The notes beneath the pieces are model-generated. The model was given only the letters and a program-made list of their open reading frames with translations. It did not search any database and had not been told where the DNA came from. From a virus (Duplodnaviria; Caudoviricetes), in the IMG/VR virus record IMGVR_UViG_3300037501_000018, positions 1 through 46,319 of that record: a stretch of DNA of 46,319 nt; one strand, written 5' to 3'. The position numbers and the translations under genes were made by a program. Shown here piece by piece: positions 8,376-20,200 of this stretch. The number at the start of each line of letters is the position of its first letter. Position 1 is the stretch's first letter.

Positions 8376-8767
8376 CAACTGAGCTTGAATTTCCTTCCAA
8401 TGTAAAGGAACTATGCGTTGGCGATGATTTTGTAATTTCAGGCATTGCTGAACGTAATACTTTGGATGGTGGAGTCGAGCGGATTTCATTGACTGGCGGA
8501 AAGATGTACGCAACGTTTAAATCTGACTTGTCGGTAGCAGACGGAAGTGCATCTTTGCAGAGAGATTCGTCTTCAAATCCTGGGTGTTTCAATATGTCGT
8601 CAAGTGGTAGATATACAGTAAATATTCCCGGTGGAGATATGGATGGGTTGACTGCTGGTGTGTTGTATTACTTTGATTTGCAGGTTGTTCTAGCTAATGG
8701 TGCCCTAATCACGTTAGTACGGGATACGATTCGGTTTGTTCAAGATGTTACTAGAGCAACTTCTTAG
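8372..8767 (+). CDS. BppU N-terminal-like Ig-fold adaptor protein
   Basis: VGDD...ISLTG...FK...YYFDLQV...G...TLV..I.FVQDVT pattern. Confidence 0.6.
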   Translation: MTTELEFPSNVKELCVGDDFVISGIAERNTLDGGVERISLTGGKMYATFKSDLSVADGSASLQRDSSSNPGCFNMSSSGRYTVNIPGGDMDGLTAGVLYYFDLQVVLANGALITLVRDTIRFVQDVTRATS

Positions 8768-8775
8768 AGAGGCAT

Positions 8776-9369
8776 GTGATGGAAGTACAGCCATTCTATA
8801 CTCTTAGAGACCAATCTGAATGGTTACGCAAAGCCATTGATGTAGTTGCTCGTAGGACTACAGAAGGTAAATCGTGTAATCCAGAAGAGATTTGGGCAAT
8901 TATACGTAGTGAACAAGAACCTGAAATAATGCCAAAGGATTTTCTTACTGTCTTTGAGGATTCACGGTTTAAGAAGCTAGTAGAGCTACATCTACGTAAG
9001 ATGGCAGTTAAAGATATAGAACATTTACCTATTGTTCGACAGATTTTGTCTGAGGCTGCATTGCTTACTAATATATCCATCCTTGAGGATTTGGTTGTGA
9101 ATCCTGCTGATATTCCATTCGGTCAGAGAAGATTGTTGGCTAAAGACCTTAATCGTATGCTCGCCAGGGAGATGAATTTGGCAGAAACGAAAGAGGAGAA
9201 AGAAGAAGTTTCTCCATATGATGCTGCCATGAGAGAGGACGCTGCTCTTCAGGAACTGTTGTCTAAGTATCCTAAAGAGATGCATGAGAGTATTCTAAAG
9301 AAGTGGAAGCTTGAGCGTATGCGGTACATTAATAATGAAGAGCATAAAGTGAGAAGCATAATCAGATGA
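8776..9369 (+). CDS. Putative terminase small subunit
   Basis: Helical 197-aa protein coupled (ATGA) to the large terminase. Positional inference only. Confidence 0.45.
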   Translation: MMEVQPFYTLRDQSEWLRKAIDVVARRTTEGKSCNPEEIWAIIRSEQEPEIMPKDFLTVFEDSRFKKLVELHLRKMAVKDIEHLPIVRQILSEAALLTNISILEDLVVNPADIPFGQRRLLAKDLNRMLAREMNLAETKEEKEEVSPYDAAMREDAALQELLSKYPKEMHESILKKWKLERMRYINNEEHKVRSIIR

Positions 9370-11105
9370 ATGAACCGCTCTACTCAAGACGTTATATGCA
9401 GATAGAGGACGAGATACGTAATGCCGCTCGTGCTAGGGTAGGCTGGCATTTCTCGCCTAAGTCTTTGGTTGAAAATGACCCGGATGCATTTGCTATCTGG
9501 CTAGTAACGTATATGTCTTTGTATGTACCGGAAATAGAAGAATGGCAACCACCAGTATTTAACGTCATAGTTAGTGAGAAGCGGGGACAGATATTGGTTC
9601 CAGCAGGGACTATGAAAACAACTATTGGTGCTATATGTTATCCGATATGGAGAATTTGTGGAAATCCAAATCTTGAGATTGCAGTTGTATGCAAGACGGA
9701 TGATGAAGCCATCTCGAATATTAGAGCTGTGCGGCATGAACTTGAGGCTAATGAAGATTTGATACGAGATTATGGACCGTTTGTCCCGAATAGGATACGT
9801 GGTACTGGTAGCAAGTGGACGGACCATAGGCTCAATGTAGCAAAGCGTACCAGGCGAAGCAAACAGGCTTCGATGATGTACTTCGGATATGGAGCATCTA
9901 TTATTGGACAGAGGTTTGATATTGGAATTGTGGATGATATTGTAACGCCTGACATTGGTTCTTCTCCGGTATTGACTAGAAAACAAATACAATGGTTTCA
10001 GACAGTATTCGAGACTGGGCCATATGCAGAAGATACGATTGGATATAAAGAAAACTTTCCAGAGGGTAATCAAATACTAAATTTTGCCACACGTATGTCT
10101 AACCATGACTTGACTAAACATCTTGAGACTCGGATTCCAGAAGAGGAAGCCATTGATAATCCATATATCAAGGAGTTTAAGACGATTGTAGTTGACTTGA
10201 TAAAGGATGAAGAAAGGCAAGAGACAATAAGCAAACGATGGCCGTGGAAAAAGGCTATGGCTAAAAAAGCTGAGATTGGCACTACTTCTTTTAACATGAG
10301 ATATCGTAATAAGATATCGAACGACGATACAGCAATATTTAAAAGAGTTTGGTTGGTTGGCGGAGAATATCAGGGTATACAATACAAAGGTTGTTATGAT
10401 AAAACTTTGACATTTGGAGAAGTTATACAGCCTGGAGATATGGTCGCTATCGGATATGACCCGCAAAGTGGGTCTAAATCCAGATATTCTAAAGAAGCAG
10501 CAATTGTTGTTCTTGCGAATAGGGCTGGTGAATGGCGGCCTAAGCTTGTTGATTACTTCGCCGGACAGATACCCATACTTGAAGAGTTTAATGAAAATTC
10601 ACAGTTTAAGATAATTGTTCGTTTTGCCAAAGAAGCTAGGATTAATAACAGAGTTTTCGTGCCTGTCGTTATCCTAGAGGGTAATCATATACAGCAGGGG
10701 CTACGTCAGTTGATACTTGACGAAGCTCAACGTCAGAACGTGGACCTGAGAGTGATAACAACCAATACTGGTGCAGACAGGCACGACCCTGAAACTGGTG
10801 TCGAAGCATGTGCTATCGACTTTGAAAATGGATGGTTAAGAATCCCAGCGATGTATGAATCAGATTTAAGAAAAATTAAACAATTTGAGAATGCAATGAT
10901 TGAATATGGGTCTTCAGGATTTCTCGATATACCAATAGCCTATTGGAAAGCTAGGAAGTGGCTGTATAGTCAAAGGATAAAGCCTGAGCCAAGAGACACA
11001 GTGCTTGATTCACATTTACCAACATGGATGAAAGTTAGAATGGAACGTAAAGGTATGCGTACTGCTGTTAGAGTAGTGGATGCGTACTCAGGAGGGAGTG
11101 ACTAA
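9366..11105 (+). CDS. terL: Terminase large subunit
   Basis: P-loop VPAGTMKTT, G.SIIGQRFDIGIVDD Walker B, ATR coupling motif, RNase H-like IGYDP and ILEGN motifs. Confidence 0.9.
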   Translation: MNEPLYSRRYMQIEDEIRNAARARVGWHFSPKSLVENDPDAFAIWLVTYMSLYVPEIEEWQPPVFNVIVSEKRGQILVPAGTMKTTIGAICYPIWRICGNPNLEIAVVCKTDDEAISNIRAVRHELEANEDLIRDYGPFVPNRIRGTGSKWTDHRLNVAKRTRRSKQASMMYFGYGASIIGQRFDIGIVDDIVTPDIGSSPVLTRKQIQWFQTVFETGPYAEDTIGYKENFPEGNQILNFATRMSNHDLTKHLETRIPEEEAIDNPYIKEFKTIVVDLIKDEERQETISKRWPWKKAMAKKAEIGTTSFNMRYRNKISNDDTAIFKRVWLVGGEYQGIQYKGCYDKTLTFGEVIQPGDMVAIGYDPQSGSKSRYSKEAAIVVLANRAGEWRPKLVDYFAGQIPILEEFNENSQFKIIVRFAKEARINNRVFVPVVILEGNHIQQGLRQLILDEAQRQNVDLRVITTNTGADRHDPETGVEACAIDFENGWLRIPAMYESDLRKIKQFENAMIEYGSSGFLDIPIAYWKARKWLYSQRIKPEPRDTVLDSHLPTWMKVRMERKGMRTAVRVVDAYSGGSD

Positions 11106-11107
11106 GT

Positions 11108-13198
11108 ATGCAAGAGTCTGACACTTATCCTGACTTCATACAAAAAGCAATTCGTATACTTAATAAAGAGCGTCCCCTGAATCGGACCAGGGATATGCAG
11201 ATTAGACGTATGCAGGCGGCATACGATGGATTCTTGTGGGACTTGGATGCCAATACGTATGGTAGTAATGAGCGGGATAACTTAACAGATGATGTTGGTA
11301 GGCGACGGTCAAGTACAGCAGATGGTTTGCGTATGACTGAGTTAAGTGCAAACTTGGTTCGACCACAGACTGAGGATTGGAAAAGTGTTCTGGCTATTCT
11401 ACCTTCTGTTGGTGTACCACCTACTGTTCCTGGACTTGAGGAGTCTAAGAGGCAGGCAGATAAGCTTGAGAAAATCATCTATGCTATTTGGGCAGATTCT
11501 ATGCTCGATGTGCAGATGATTGCTGGCTCCCATTATATGACACTTATGGGAAGTCAAGTTGTATATTCTTGTCCGGTTCCTTCTGAGGATAGAATTAGAA
11601 TTAAGATTAAAGCTCCATATAGATGCTGTGCCAAGTATAAACTGGATAGTTTGGATTTGCATCATCTTGCTTGGGATACAGATGAAGACACAGAAATGAT
11701 ACTTGATATGTACCCAAGCCTTGCTGATAAGATAGCTGAAAAGAAGGGCGGCAGAATAATTAGTATGCCGGAAACGGTGACTTATACTGAATGGAACGAT
11801 GAGAATTATAGGTTCTTCTTGGTGAATGATAAATGGGTAGAAGAATTGCCTACTGTTCAACACAATTGGGGTTTTGTACCAGGAGCAATTATTCCTAATG
11901 TCATTGGTACAGGGTCTATTTGGGGAAGGTCTGACGCACAACAAGTAGTCCATTTGTCGCAAGTGCTATCCGAAGTGATTAGTATGGAAGTCGATGGTCT
12001 ATTTGAACGTATTTACGATGATGTTTTTATTTTTGATGATAATCCTATTCGTCAGATAGCAAATGGGCCGAGAGAATGGACTCAGCTTTCTAAGGATGCA
12101 CATGTGCAACTATTACGAGCAGGCATGGCGAGTAACGATATTTCAAACATGAAAGGTACTCTGGAACGGCTGATTAGACTTATCGGTGGTTGGCCGGAAG
12201 TTATGTCTTCTGAAATTGATTCTGCTATTCCTACTGGTAAGGCTATCACGGCTTTGCAAGGTCCGGTTGCTGCGCGAGCAGCCGTTAAACATATTGTGAC
12301 TGCTAGAGGACTTGAACGAGTCAATGCGTTTACTTTACAATTGTATGAAAAAATGTTTGGGAATGAAACCATTAACCTCGTAGCATTACGGAATGGTGTT
12401 AGAACATCGATATTTGGTGCTGCTGGAAGAGTTGGTAGTGAACATATAGAATTTGTTCCAAAGAGAGATATTAATGGGAAATATGATAATATTCTCACGT
12501 TTTCGCCTACAGGTTCAGATGATTATCGTAGGTCGATTAAGCTTCTTCAGTATCGTGAAGCTGGCATTATAAGTAAGGATACAATACGTCAGCTTGAACC
12601 TGGACTTGACCCGGAAGCAGAGGAAGCTAAGATTGAACGTGAAGCTATGCAAGACGCAGATAGAGCAGGTAGAGCACAGTTTGCCGCTCAATTGGCTATT
12701 ATTAAAGCACAGGCGCAAGTGCAAGCTGAAGCTGCGATGCAGCAGCAACAACAACAACAAGCAGTAGGTCAGCCTGCACTACAGCAGGTAGGTCAAGTGG
12801 TTCCTATGGCTGCGGGTCAAGCCCCTGCCGCCATCGTCAGCGGGCCGCAGGGGATACCAGGGCAAGGTCGAGTACCATCTGCTCAGAATCCACAACCTTC
12901 CGCGCAAGCTCGTATGGCGAGAGCTAACCCGAATAGAATAACTATTCAACAGTTAAGAGAGCAATTGTCCAGAGTAAAAGGTATCAAGGGTAGAGTATTT
13001 GCTGGTGGGCAGATTGCAAAGATGGGTTGGACCGAAAGCCAAGTAGAAATCTGGTTGTCTAATATGCAAGATAAAGGGCCGATATTCCAACAGACAGATA
13101 TTGGAGCCAGAAATAAATTCTTGGTCCATAAGCTTACAGAAGGTGGACTTCCCAATGACGGTGTAATTGAAGTAACGCCGGTTAAGGAGGTGGCATGA
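11108..13198 (+). CDS. Portal protein with a Gln/Pro-rich C-terminal extension
   Basis: Follows terL. ADKLEKII, HNWGFVP..IPN..GRSD, TGKAI and GIISKDT motifs typical of podovirus portals. PolyQ at 12740-12760. Confidence 0.85.
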   Translation: MQESDTYPDFIQKAIRILNKERPLNRTRDMQIRRMQAAYDGFLWDLDANTYGSNERDNLTDDVGRRRSSTADGLRMTELSANLVRPQTEDWKSVLAILPSVGVPPTVPGLEESKRQADKLEKIIYAIWADSMLDVQMIAGSHYMTLMGSQVVYSCPVPSEDRIRIKIKAPYRCCAKYKLDSLDLHHLAWDTDEDTEMILDMYPSLADKIAEKKGGRIISMPETVTYTEWNDENYRFFLVNDKWVEELPTVQHNWGFVPGAIIPNVIGTGSIWGRSDAQQVVHLSQVLSEVISMEVDGLFERIYDDVFIFDDNPIRQIANGPREWTQLSKDAHVQLLRAGMASNDISNMKGTLERLIRLIGGWPEVMSSEIDSAIPTGKAITALQGPVAARAAVKHIVTARGLERVNAFTLQLYEKMFGNETINLVALRNGVRTSIFGAAGRVGSEHIEFVPKRDINGKYDNILTFSPTGSDDYRRSIKLLQYREAGIISKDTIRQLEPGLDPEAEEAKIEREAMQDADRAGRAQFAAQLAIIKAQAQVQAEAAMQQQQQQQAVGQPALQQVGQVVPMAAGQAPAAIVSGPQGIPGQGRVPSAQNPQPSAQARMARANPNRITIQQLREQLSRVKGIKGRVFAGGQIAKMGWTESQVEIWLSNMQDKGPIFQQTDIGARNKFLVHKLTEGGLPNDGVIEVTPVKEVA

Positions 13199-13725
13199 TG
13201 GCATATGACGCAAAAGTGCGTAGCATAGATACTCCGCTTGGATTCATGCGGCCTCTTAAGCGTGAGCAGTTTGATATGGCACTAGAACGGCAGGTTCCAA
13301 GCGCTACAGGTGGTGCTCCTAGAGTACAAGAAGCTGATGTAATTGAGCAATTGCCGAAAATAGAGCCGTTGCCATATCCGAATGAAAGACCGCTACACAA
13401 TGATATGCCTATATTGCCTACATTGAAAGGGCCATCTGGTGTATTTAAGGCGGAAGATTATAATGTAGGCAATGCCGAGTTTGTAAACTATGTTGCCAAT
13501 ATTCTACAAAATTCGAATGACGACCCGCTGGTTAAATCTGTTGTATCAAGTAGGGGTGACGATATCAGTAGAGCAGCATTGGAATTGGTGGCGTATATGC
13601 AAAGGGCATTTGAGCCGCCATCCGAACCTATCCCTCTTCCTGACCAAGTAAATATGACAAGAACTGCACTAAGAGTCCATAACTGGCTTAATAGGTTAAG
13701 AGAATCAAGAATGCAAGGCAGGTGA
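13195..13725 (+). CDS. Hypothetical protein (possible internal virion protein)
   Basis: 176 aa, AAGGAGG RBS, coupled to the portal gene. Confidence 0.75.
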   Translation: MMAYDAKVRSIDTPLGFMRPLKREQFDMALERQVPSATGGAPRVQEADVIEQLPKIEPLPYPNERPLHNDMPILPTLKGPSGVFKAEDYNVGNAEFVNYVANILQNSNDDPLVKSVVSSRGDDISRAALELVAYMQRAFEPPSEPIPLPDQVNMTRTALRVHNWLNRLRESRMQGR

Positions 13726-13729
13726 GAAC

Positions 13730-14212
13730 ATGGCTGATGAAGAGTTGTATCAGAATGTTCCGACTGGTCCTGTACATGGAGAACAACAGGAGATAGAGCA
13801 ACAACAAGCTTCTGCCCCATTACCCGAAGAAGGTACTGTATCAGAAGTTGAAGAAGTTGAGGAGATAGTACCGAATGCTCCACCGGAAGCTTTGCAACCG
13901 CAACCAGAAGAGGAACAAAACATAAGAGGTGTTGCGTTTAATCCAAGAACAGCTAACTTCCCGCCATTTGGTGACACTATAGATGCGGCGGGTATTGGTA
14001 TCAATAACGAAGTGGCGTTGGCTATCGCTTTGCTTGGTAGACCTAACACAACTGCATTAACTCGTAGACTGGCAATGTCCTTGATGGAAGAAGCTGGCGG
14101 TTTAAATCCAAGTCCATTCGGGGGAGATATGTTGAATCCGGTGGATTTTGAAACATTGGGGAAACCACCAGAAGAAATTGCAGAGTCTGCTGGAATAGAA
14201 CAGGAGACTTAA
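13730..14212 (+). CDS. Acidic Pro/Glu-rich hypothetical protein
   Basis: 160 aa, low complexity, in operon. Confidence 0.75.
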   Translation: MADEELYQNVPTGPVHGEQQEIEQQQASAPLPEEGTVSEVEEVEEIVPNAPPEALQPQPEEEQNIRGVAFNPRTANFPPFGDTIDAAGIGINNEVALAIALLGRPNTTALTRRLAMSLMEEAGGLNPSPFGGDMLNPVDFETLGKPPEEIAESAGIEQET

Positions 14213-14213
14213 T

Positions 14214-17200
14214 ATGGCAATGATACCTGAAGGTAGCGGTGGTCAACAGACGCCTACTTATTTCGGAGCTAATGTAGGCGTAGGTTATAATCCAGATGAT
14301 GAGCGATATAGAACTATGCTTGCTCGCATAGATGGGTATAAGCGTAGAACGGCACAGGCTACCATACAGAAATCTTTTCAATATATAAGTCCGGTGGTAG
14401 ATATATCCCAGCGTATCAATGCTCTTGGTGGAGATAACGTGTTTTCTTCAAGAGTATCAAGGATTACGAATTACTGGCGATACAGTACTGGTATTGGTCC
14501 TGATGCAGTATCTGGTCTGATTCTCGATTTGGCTCTGTCTAATGCAACTATGAGACAGGTCAGGAAAACATTCTATCATATCTCCGAACATTGGGGGCTT
14601 ATCCCTGGAGCTAATATCGGTTTGGAGAATGATGTTCTCAAAGAATATATCAAGCGTGGGATGATTCTACCAAATAGTAGCACACATGGAAAAATGGTAG
14701 AACGTGACCTTGCTACATATGATATAAAGCGAGAAGCATGGCCTGTCGTAAATGGTAAGCCAGTACCACCATCTGTTGCTCCTAAAGGAGCAAATTCTCC
14801 TATACCGCAGCCTTTTGTATCGGCAGACCGTATTAAGCCATCCTTTGATAGTATTATATCGCAATTTGCCAAGCAGCTTAGAAATAAACTGTTTGTGAAT
14901 TTGTCCTTGCTTAATATGCCTAGTCATATAAATACATTGAGTCGTGATTCACTTCAGGCTAAGGTTGAACAAATAAACGCTGCGTATAATGCGATATATC
15001 GGGAGAACTTGAAGCGTTTTCCTGACCGTCAATTTGCAGTTTTTAATAGTACTGGTGATACATATAAGGATGGGTTGCATCATTACTTCTTGCGTGAAGT
15101 AGAAACACGTAAATTCTATGGTAAAGGTTCTGTTTCAAAGCATGAGACAGTACTGGCATATGATTACTCGCCGCCATTGTGGGTTAGTGCTGCTGATGAA
15201 TTTGAGAACATTGTCTACAATAAAGATGCTGCTAGACGTGAAGAGCAAAGACTTAAAATGGAAATGCAGGGCAAGGATGATATCGTCCAGCAGATGAGCT
15301 TTGCTATGCATCAAGATAATGTTGAAGCAGCACGTAACTATATGTTTCCTACTAGAATAACTCATCCTGCTGATGAGGCCGGAGTTTGGCATGACCCGGC
15401 TGAAGAATATTTTGAGTTTATGAAGGCTGCTACTACTGGTATTGATTCACCATTTTTAGAAAAGAGTGCCATTAAAGTCTTGGAAGGACAGACTCTTGTT
15501 CCTGGCTTAGATATTATTCCAGGCTCTAAAGAAGTTTGGAAATTGGCAGATGCCATGTATCTTGAAATGGCTAGTCAACAGTCTATGGCTTTAATGATGG
15601 AACCATTCGAGAAGATTGGTGAAGGATTTAGCTTTTTGGGAAAATCGTTGGAGATTGTTCCGCGAGCAGTATGGGATTACACTTTGGGTGCAGTACATGA
15701 ATATCATTATGAGCATTCTGTAGGTTATCGTAATGCATACAATGCTATTGCTCCAAAGGTTAAGTTTGTAGCCGAACCGTTTGGTGCTGCTATTGCTTTT
15801 CCGATTAAAGAAGGTGGGAAGTTTCTGATACAGACCGTGCCAGAAGCTATAAATACAGGTCTTAATTACGGAGCGATGGCATTATGGGAATCTGGTAGGT
15901 ATCTGTATAATAGCGCCGGTACGGATATTTCTGCATTACAAGCTGCTATGGCATATAGAGAATCTATTAGGTCTGACCCCGAGATTTCGCCTTGGATGAA
16001 ACGGTCTTTGCAGGCATCTCTTGATGTTCAATCTGGCAAAATGGGTTACATAGATTATATGAAAGCCAGAACAAGAGATTTGAAAGTATTCAATTATAGT
16101 CCGACTGCTAGCATCCTTGAATCACAAGGTATTGACCCCCATGACCATCCGGCGTTAACAGTTACGATGGATATGATATATCAAACTGGTGCTATAGTCG
16201 CTGTTGGTGCAGGTCTTGGTTCATTTGCTAGGGCTACTGGACTTGTTTCTTCAGTTAATAAGGTTACTGGTGCTAGGCGTGTGGGATATGCAAATAAACT
16301 TGGACGTTTGATTGTTAAATCCATGCCTGGTGCTGACAATTTGGCAGATTGGATAGCCCGTGTTAGCGAACCCTGGCGCATTCGTAGAATGCTAGGACCC
16401 ACAGTATCGCAAGATACTGTATTAAAGCTAGCTAGTGCTAATACAAAAGATGATGTAATTAAGGTGTTAGTTGATAACCTTGAGGATGGAGCATTTATTG
16501 ACCCGTATAGTACGGCTATTCGTAGAAGAGTATGGGAGCTTGCCTCAAGAACTAATGCGTATCATGTTTTGCCAAGAGCATTAAGACTTGGATTCGATAC
16601 AATTTCTGAGAGTGTCATGTTCAGGCTTGATGGTGAAAATTTCTTCTATGATATGCGTTCACTTGGTCATGTAACTAATCATCCACCTAAAAGGATGGAG
16701 TATTGGTTAAATGAGGCTTGTAAAGCTACTTCGCAGGAAGCCAGAGAATCGGTAGCTATCGCGTTTATCAAAGAGATAGCTCAGCGTAATCCGAAGCGAT
16801 GGGCTAAACTTGAAAAACTAGGCAAAATGCCAGTAACTCGGTCGGAGCTTGGTGAATCAGGAAGCAGACAATTTGTTGTTAAGCAATGGGGAAACCCTCA
16901 AGATATTGGCATGTTTAATCCAGAGGATGCTGCATTGTATGCAGAGCAACGGCTGGAGTTGTTGAATGAATTGGCAGGTGCTCGTGGACTCAAACTTGAT
17001 GAAGTAAGAGCAGTTACACTTGATGAGCTTAGGGCACCAACCTTGTATAATGCTAAACAGGTTCACACAGATATAATGACCACATTCAAGTTGAAGCCAC
17101 AGAGCAGGACGGCTGGCACAGATTTTGTGTCTCAAGTTAGAATGCAATATGAGGGCTTTCCGCAAGGTACGCAGGAGCGGGCTATATATGAAGCAGTTAA

Positions 17201-20200
17201 AGACCTCACTCCTGATGAGATATCTACTAATAGTGCTTACAATTTAAGTAAATTAATAGCAAAGAAAGTGGAGACTCGTTCAGCTCAGGCGCAAGAGTTG
17301 TATATGAGTAGGTTTGGTGTTGGTAGCACGGAAGAGTTGTCAATACCTAACCAGATTATATTGGCATCTAAAGAAAGAGAAATACTTGCAAAGCAAATTG
17401 AGAGTTTTGTGACTCCATCTGAAGCAGAAGTTAATGCAAGAGTGCAGGCTATTCTTCAAGCTGACAAGAGTGATGAGTTAAGAACGTTCATTATCGAGAG
17501 TGGCGGATTAGACCCAATTGAAGTTGAAAAATTTGAAGTTGGATATGCCAGGGCGCAGATTGCAGGCGTAACAACTCCGCGGGAACATAAGCTTGCTGGT
17601 TGGAGTAAAAAAGGTGGTTTGTCTCCCACGCAACTTGCATCTCTTATTAAAGCAGATGCTCGCTTTAGCGGTTCGGGAGTCGTGGACGAGCGTACATTGC
17701 TCGATTTTATTGATAACTACATGAGTAAGAATAAAAGAAAGAATTATTACGCTCAACTTGAGTTTCGTAGGCTGGCTGAAGCCAAGATGGGTACAGAAGA
17801 GTATGATGAGATGATAGAAACTCTTAGAGCGTATGATTCTGTCCTGTCTGACCCACAGCTTGTGACTGTGCTTTCTCAACATTTTGGTCCAGATGATATT
17901 AAAGCAGTTGTGTCTACAGTTACTAAACGTGGACGTAAAGGTGCTAAGGAAATTAGATTGGCAACCGAAGTGCAGGAAGCAGAGTTAAAGGCAGCAGTTC
18001 AAGAAGAGTATGTTTCGCAACTTGATATAGATGTGCTTAAAAAGCGTATAGAATTTTTGAAGAATTTGCGGCAGGACGATAGAATACTTCTGGCAAATAT
18101 CAAGAAACTTGAGGAAGATATAATCAAGTTAAGGTCCGGGACGGAACCTGTCCGACAGATGGCTACTTATTTGTATCAGCAAAGACAATATATTAGTTTG
18201 CCTGCACCTGTTGGTGTAATAGCTGCGGAATATGCTGCTGAAGGTGGATTGAAAGAAGTATTGGCGTGGGCTGCTGCTGGTGCTGGTGGAGGCGCAGCGT
18301 ATAGCTTTATGGCAAACGATGAAGAAGATTTGATTCAGAATATGATAACTGGGACCATATTGGGTGGAGTATTTCTTGGTGGTAGCGGCTACCTGATGAA
18401 AGCTCTTGATAGAATGGGTAGGGCTAGCATAGCGGGTACGACACTAAGTATAGATAGGCTAACAGTTTGGTGGAAAAGATACCTTTTGGCTAACCCTGGT
18501 ATTTTGATGCGTATCATAACTGACGAGCCTTTGCGTATGTTGTCTCAAGGTTTTGACCCATTAGCAGTTGTGGCGTCTGTGTGGGGTAAAGATAAATACG
18601 CTGCTGAACTAAGGAAAGATGCTGAACATATTAAAATGTGGGGAAGCTATAAGTTTGAACGTGCATATGGCAACCCGGCGCAGTTTTACAGTGATATGAG
18701 TCCGGAAACTAATCTGAGATATATCTTCGCTGATATGCATCCTGTTGACCATATTATGATACGTCCTGGGGACCCACAGTATATCAAAGCTGCGACAATC
18801 ACTTTATCACATATTCGGAATGATATCGCTACAAGAGCGTATCTTGGTCTCACATATCCTGGTAAGTATGGCAGGGAAGGTTTGAATCAGTTAATTAATG
18901 AAAACGCTGCTGTTAGGCAGTTTATAGCTACTCGTGGTCCAGGTGGATTTGAATATCAAAAGAAAATTTGGATGGATACTATCGAAGAAGCTACGGAGAG
19001 TCTCATTAATTATGCTATTCGTCCTTTGGATGATATCGAAAAGGCACAATACAATGCATTTTTGCGTGAGGTAGCTGAGTATGATAGACAGATGGCAGAA
19101 GGTGTCTGGTATCGTGCTGGCGAACATAACGAATATACGGAATTTTGTACTCCAATTGGAGATGAAATTGTTCCGAGAATGACTGGTTCAAGAGATACTG
19201 GTGTTGCTACAGGACAGTATTCGTTTAGTTCGCCGGGTGAGGGACGTATACCTGTTAAGAAAGCCAAGAATCCTCTTGTAATTGGTAAAGAAGATAGTTA
19301 TTTTGAGAGAGATTATCTTCACGCAGATGGTCGGCGTATGATATTGAAAAACCCAGAAAAGTATGATGAAGAAACAATAGCTAGAGCTACTTCATATTCA
19401 CCCTGGGCATTTCAAGAAGATGCGATTAATCTTTTAAGAGCAGCAGAATACATTCGTAGAAGATTTGCCCGGGGTCAGGGTGAAGATATAGCTATATACG
19501 CTACTTCGACTATTATTAAGGTTTTAAATAGTAGTAAATTGAGTGAAGGGCATGCTGGGCTAATACTAAGAGGTGTAGAAAACTTTGATGATACTGCATG
19601 GAGTCTTGCTCAGTTACGTCCAGCCAATATATCGGAAGAACAGGCGATACGTGAAGTATATGATGTAGTTAGAATATGGGCACAATCTGGTTCCCAAGTT
19701 CATCCAATGAATATATTACTTCACAAGAAGTGGGGATTCGATGGTATAACATATTCTGGTAAGGCATCATGGGCTGCTGATGATGCAACATTCGGCAATG
19801 TAAGATTTCCACAGATTGATGAAAGGGGATTTGTTGAACGCAGAATAACTCCAACAACTCCAGGATATAAACAGATTGGTAATCGTTACATTGATACTGA
19901 TGAGGAACCGATAGGTCCAAGACCGGAATTTATGAAGTCTAATGTACCAAAAGACTTTACGCCAACTATCAAAAATAAACGTGGTACTTCTTACTATACG
20001 ACTATGTTGCCAGAGGGCAAATATAATTTGTACCATGTTACTACGGCTAAGTCCAAGGTGCTTGAGGAAGGACTTAAATCTGATTCTCAATTGATAGCAG
20101 AAGGAAGAACATTTGCTGGTCTTGAAGGTGGTAATATCGTTACGGGGCAAATAAGCGTTGGTATAAACGAAGCAGATGCATTGCAAAGAGCTGATGTAAT

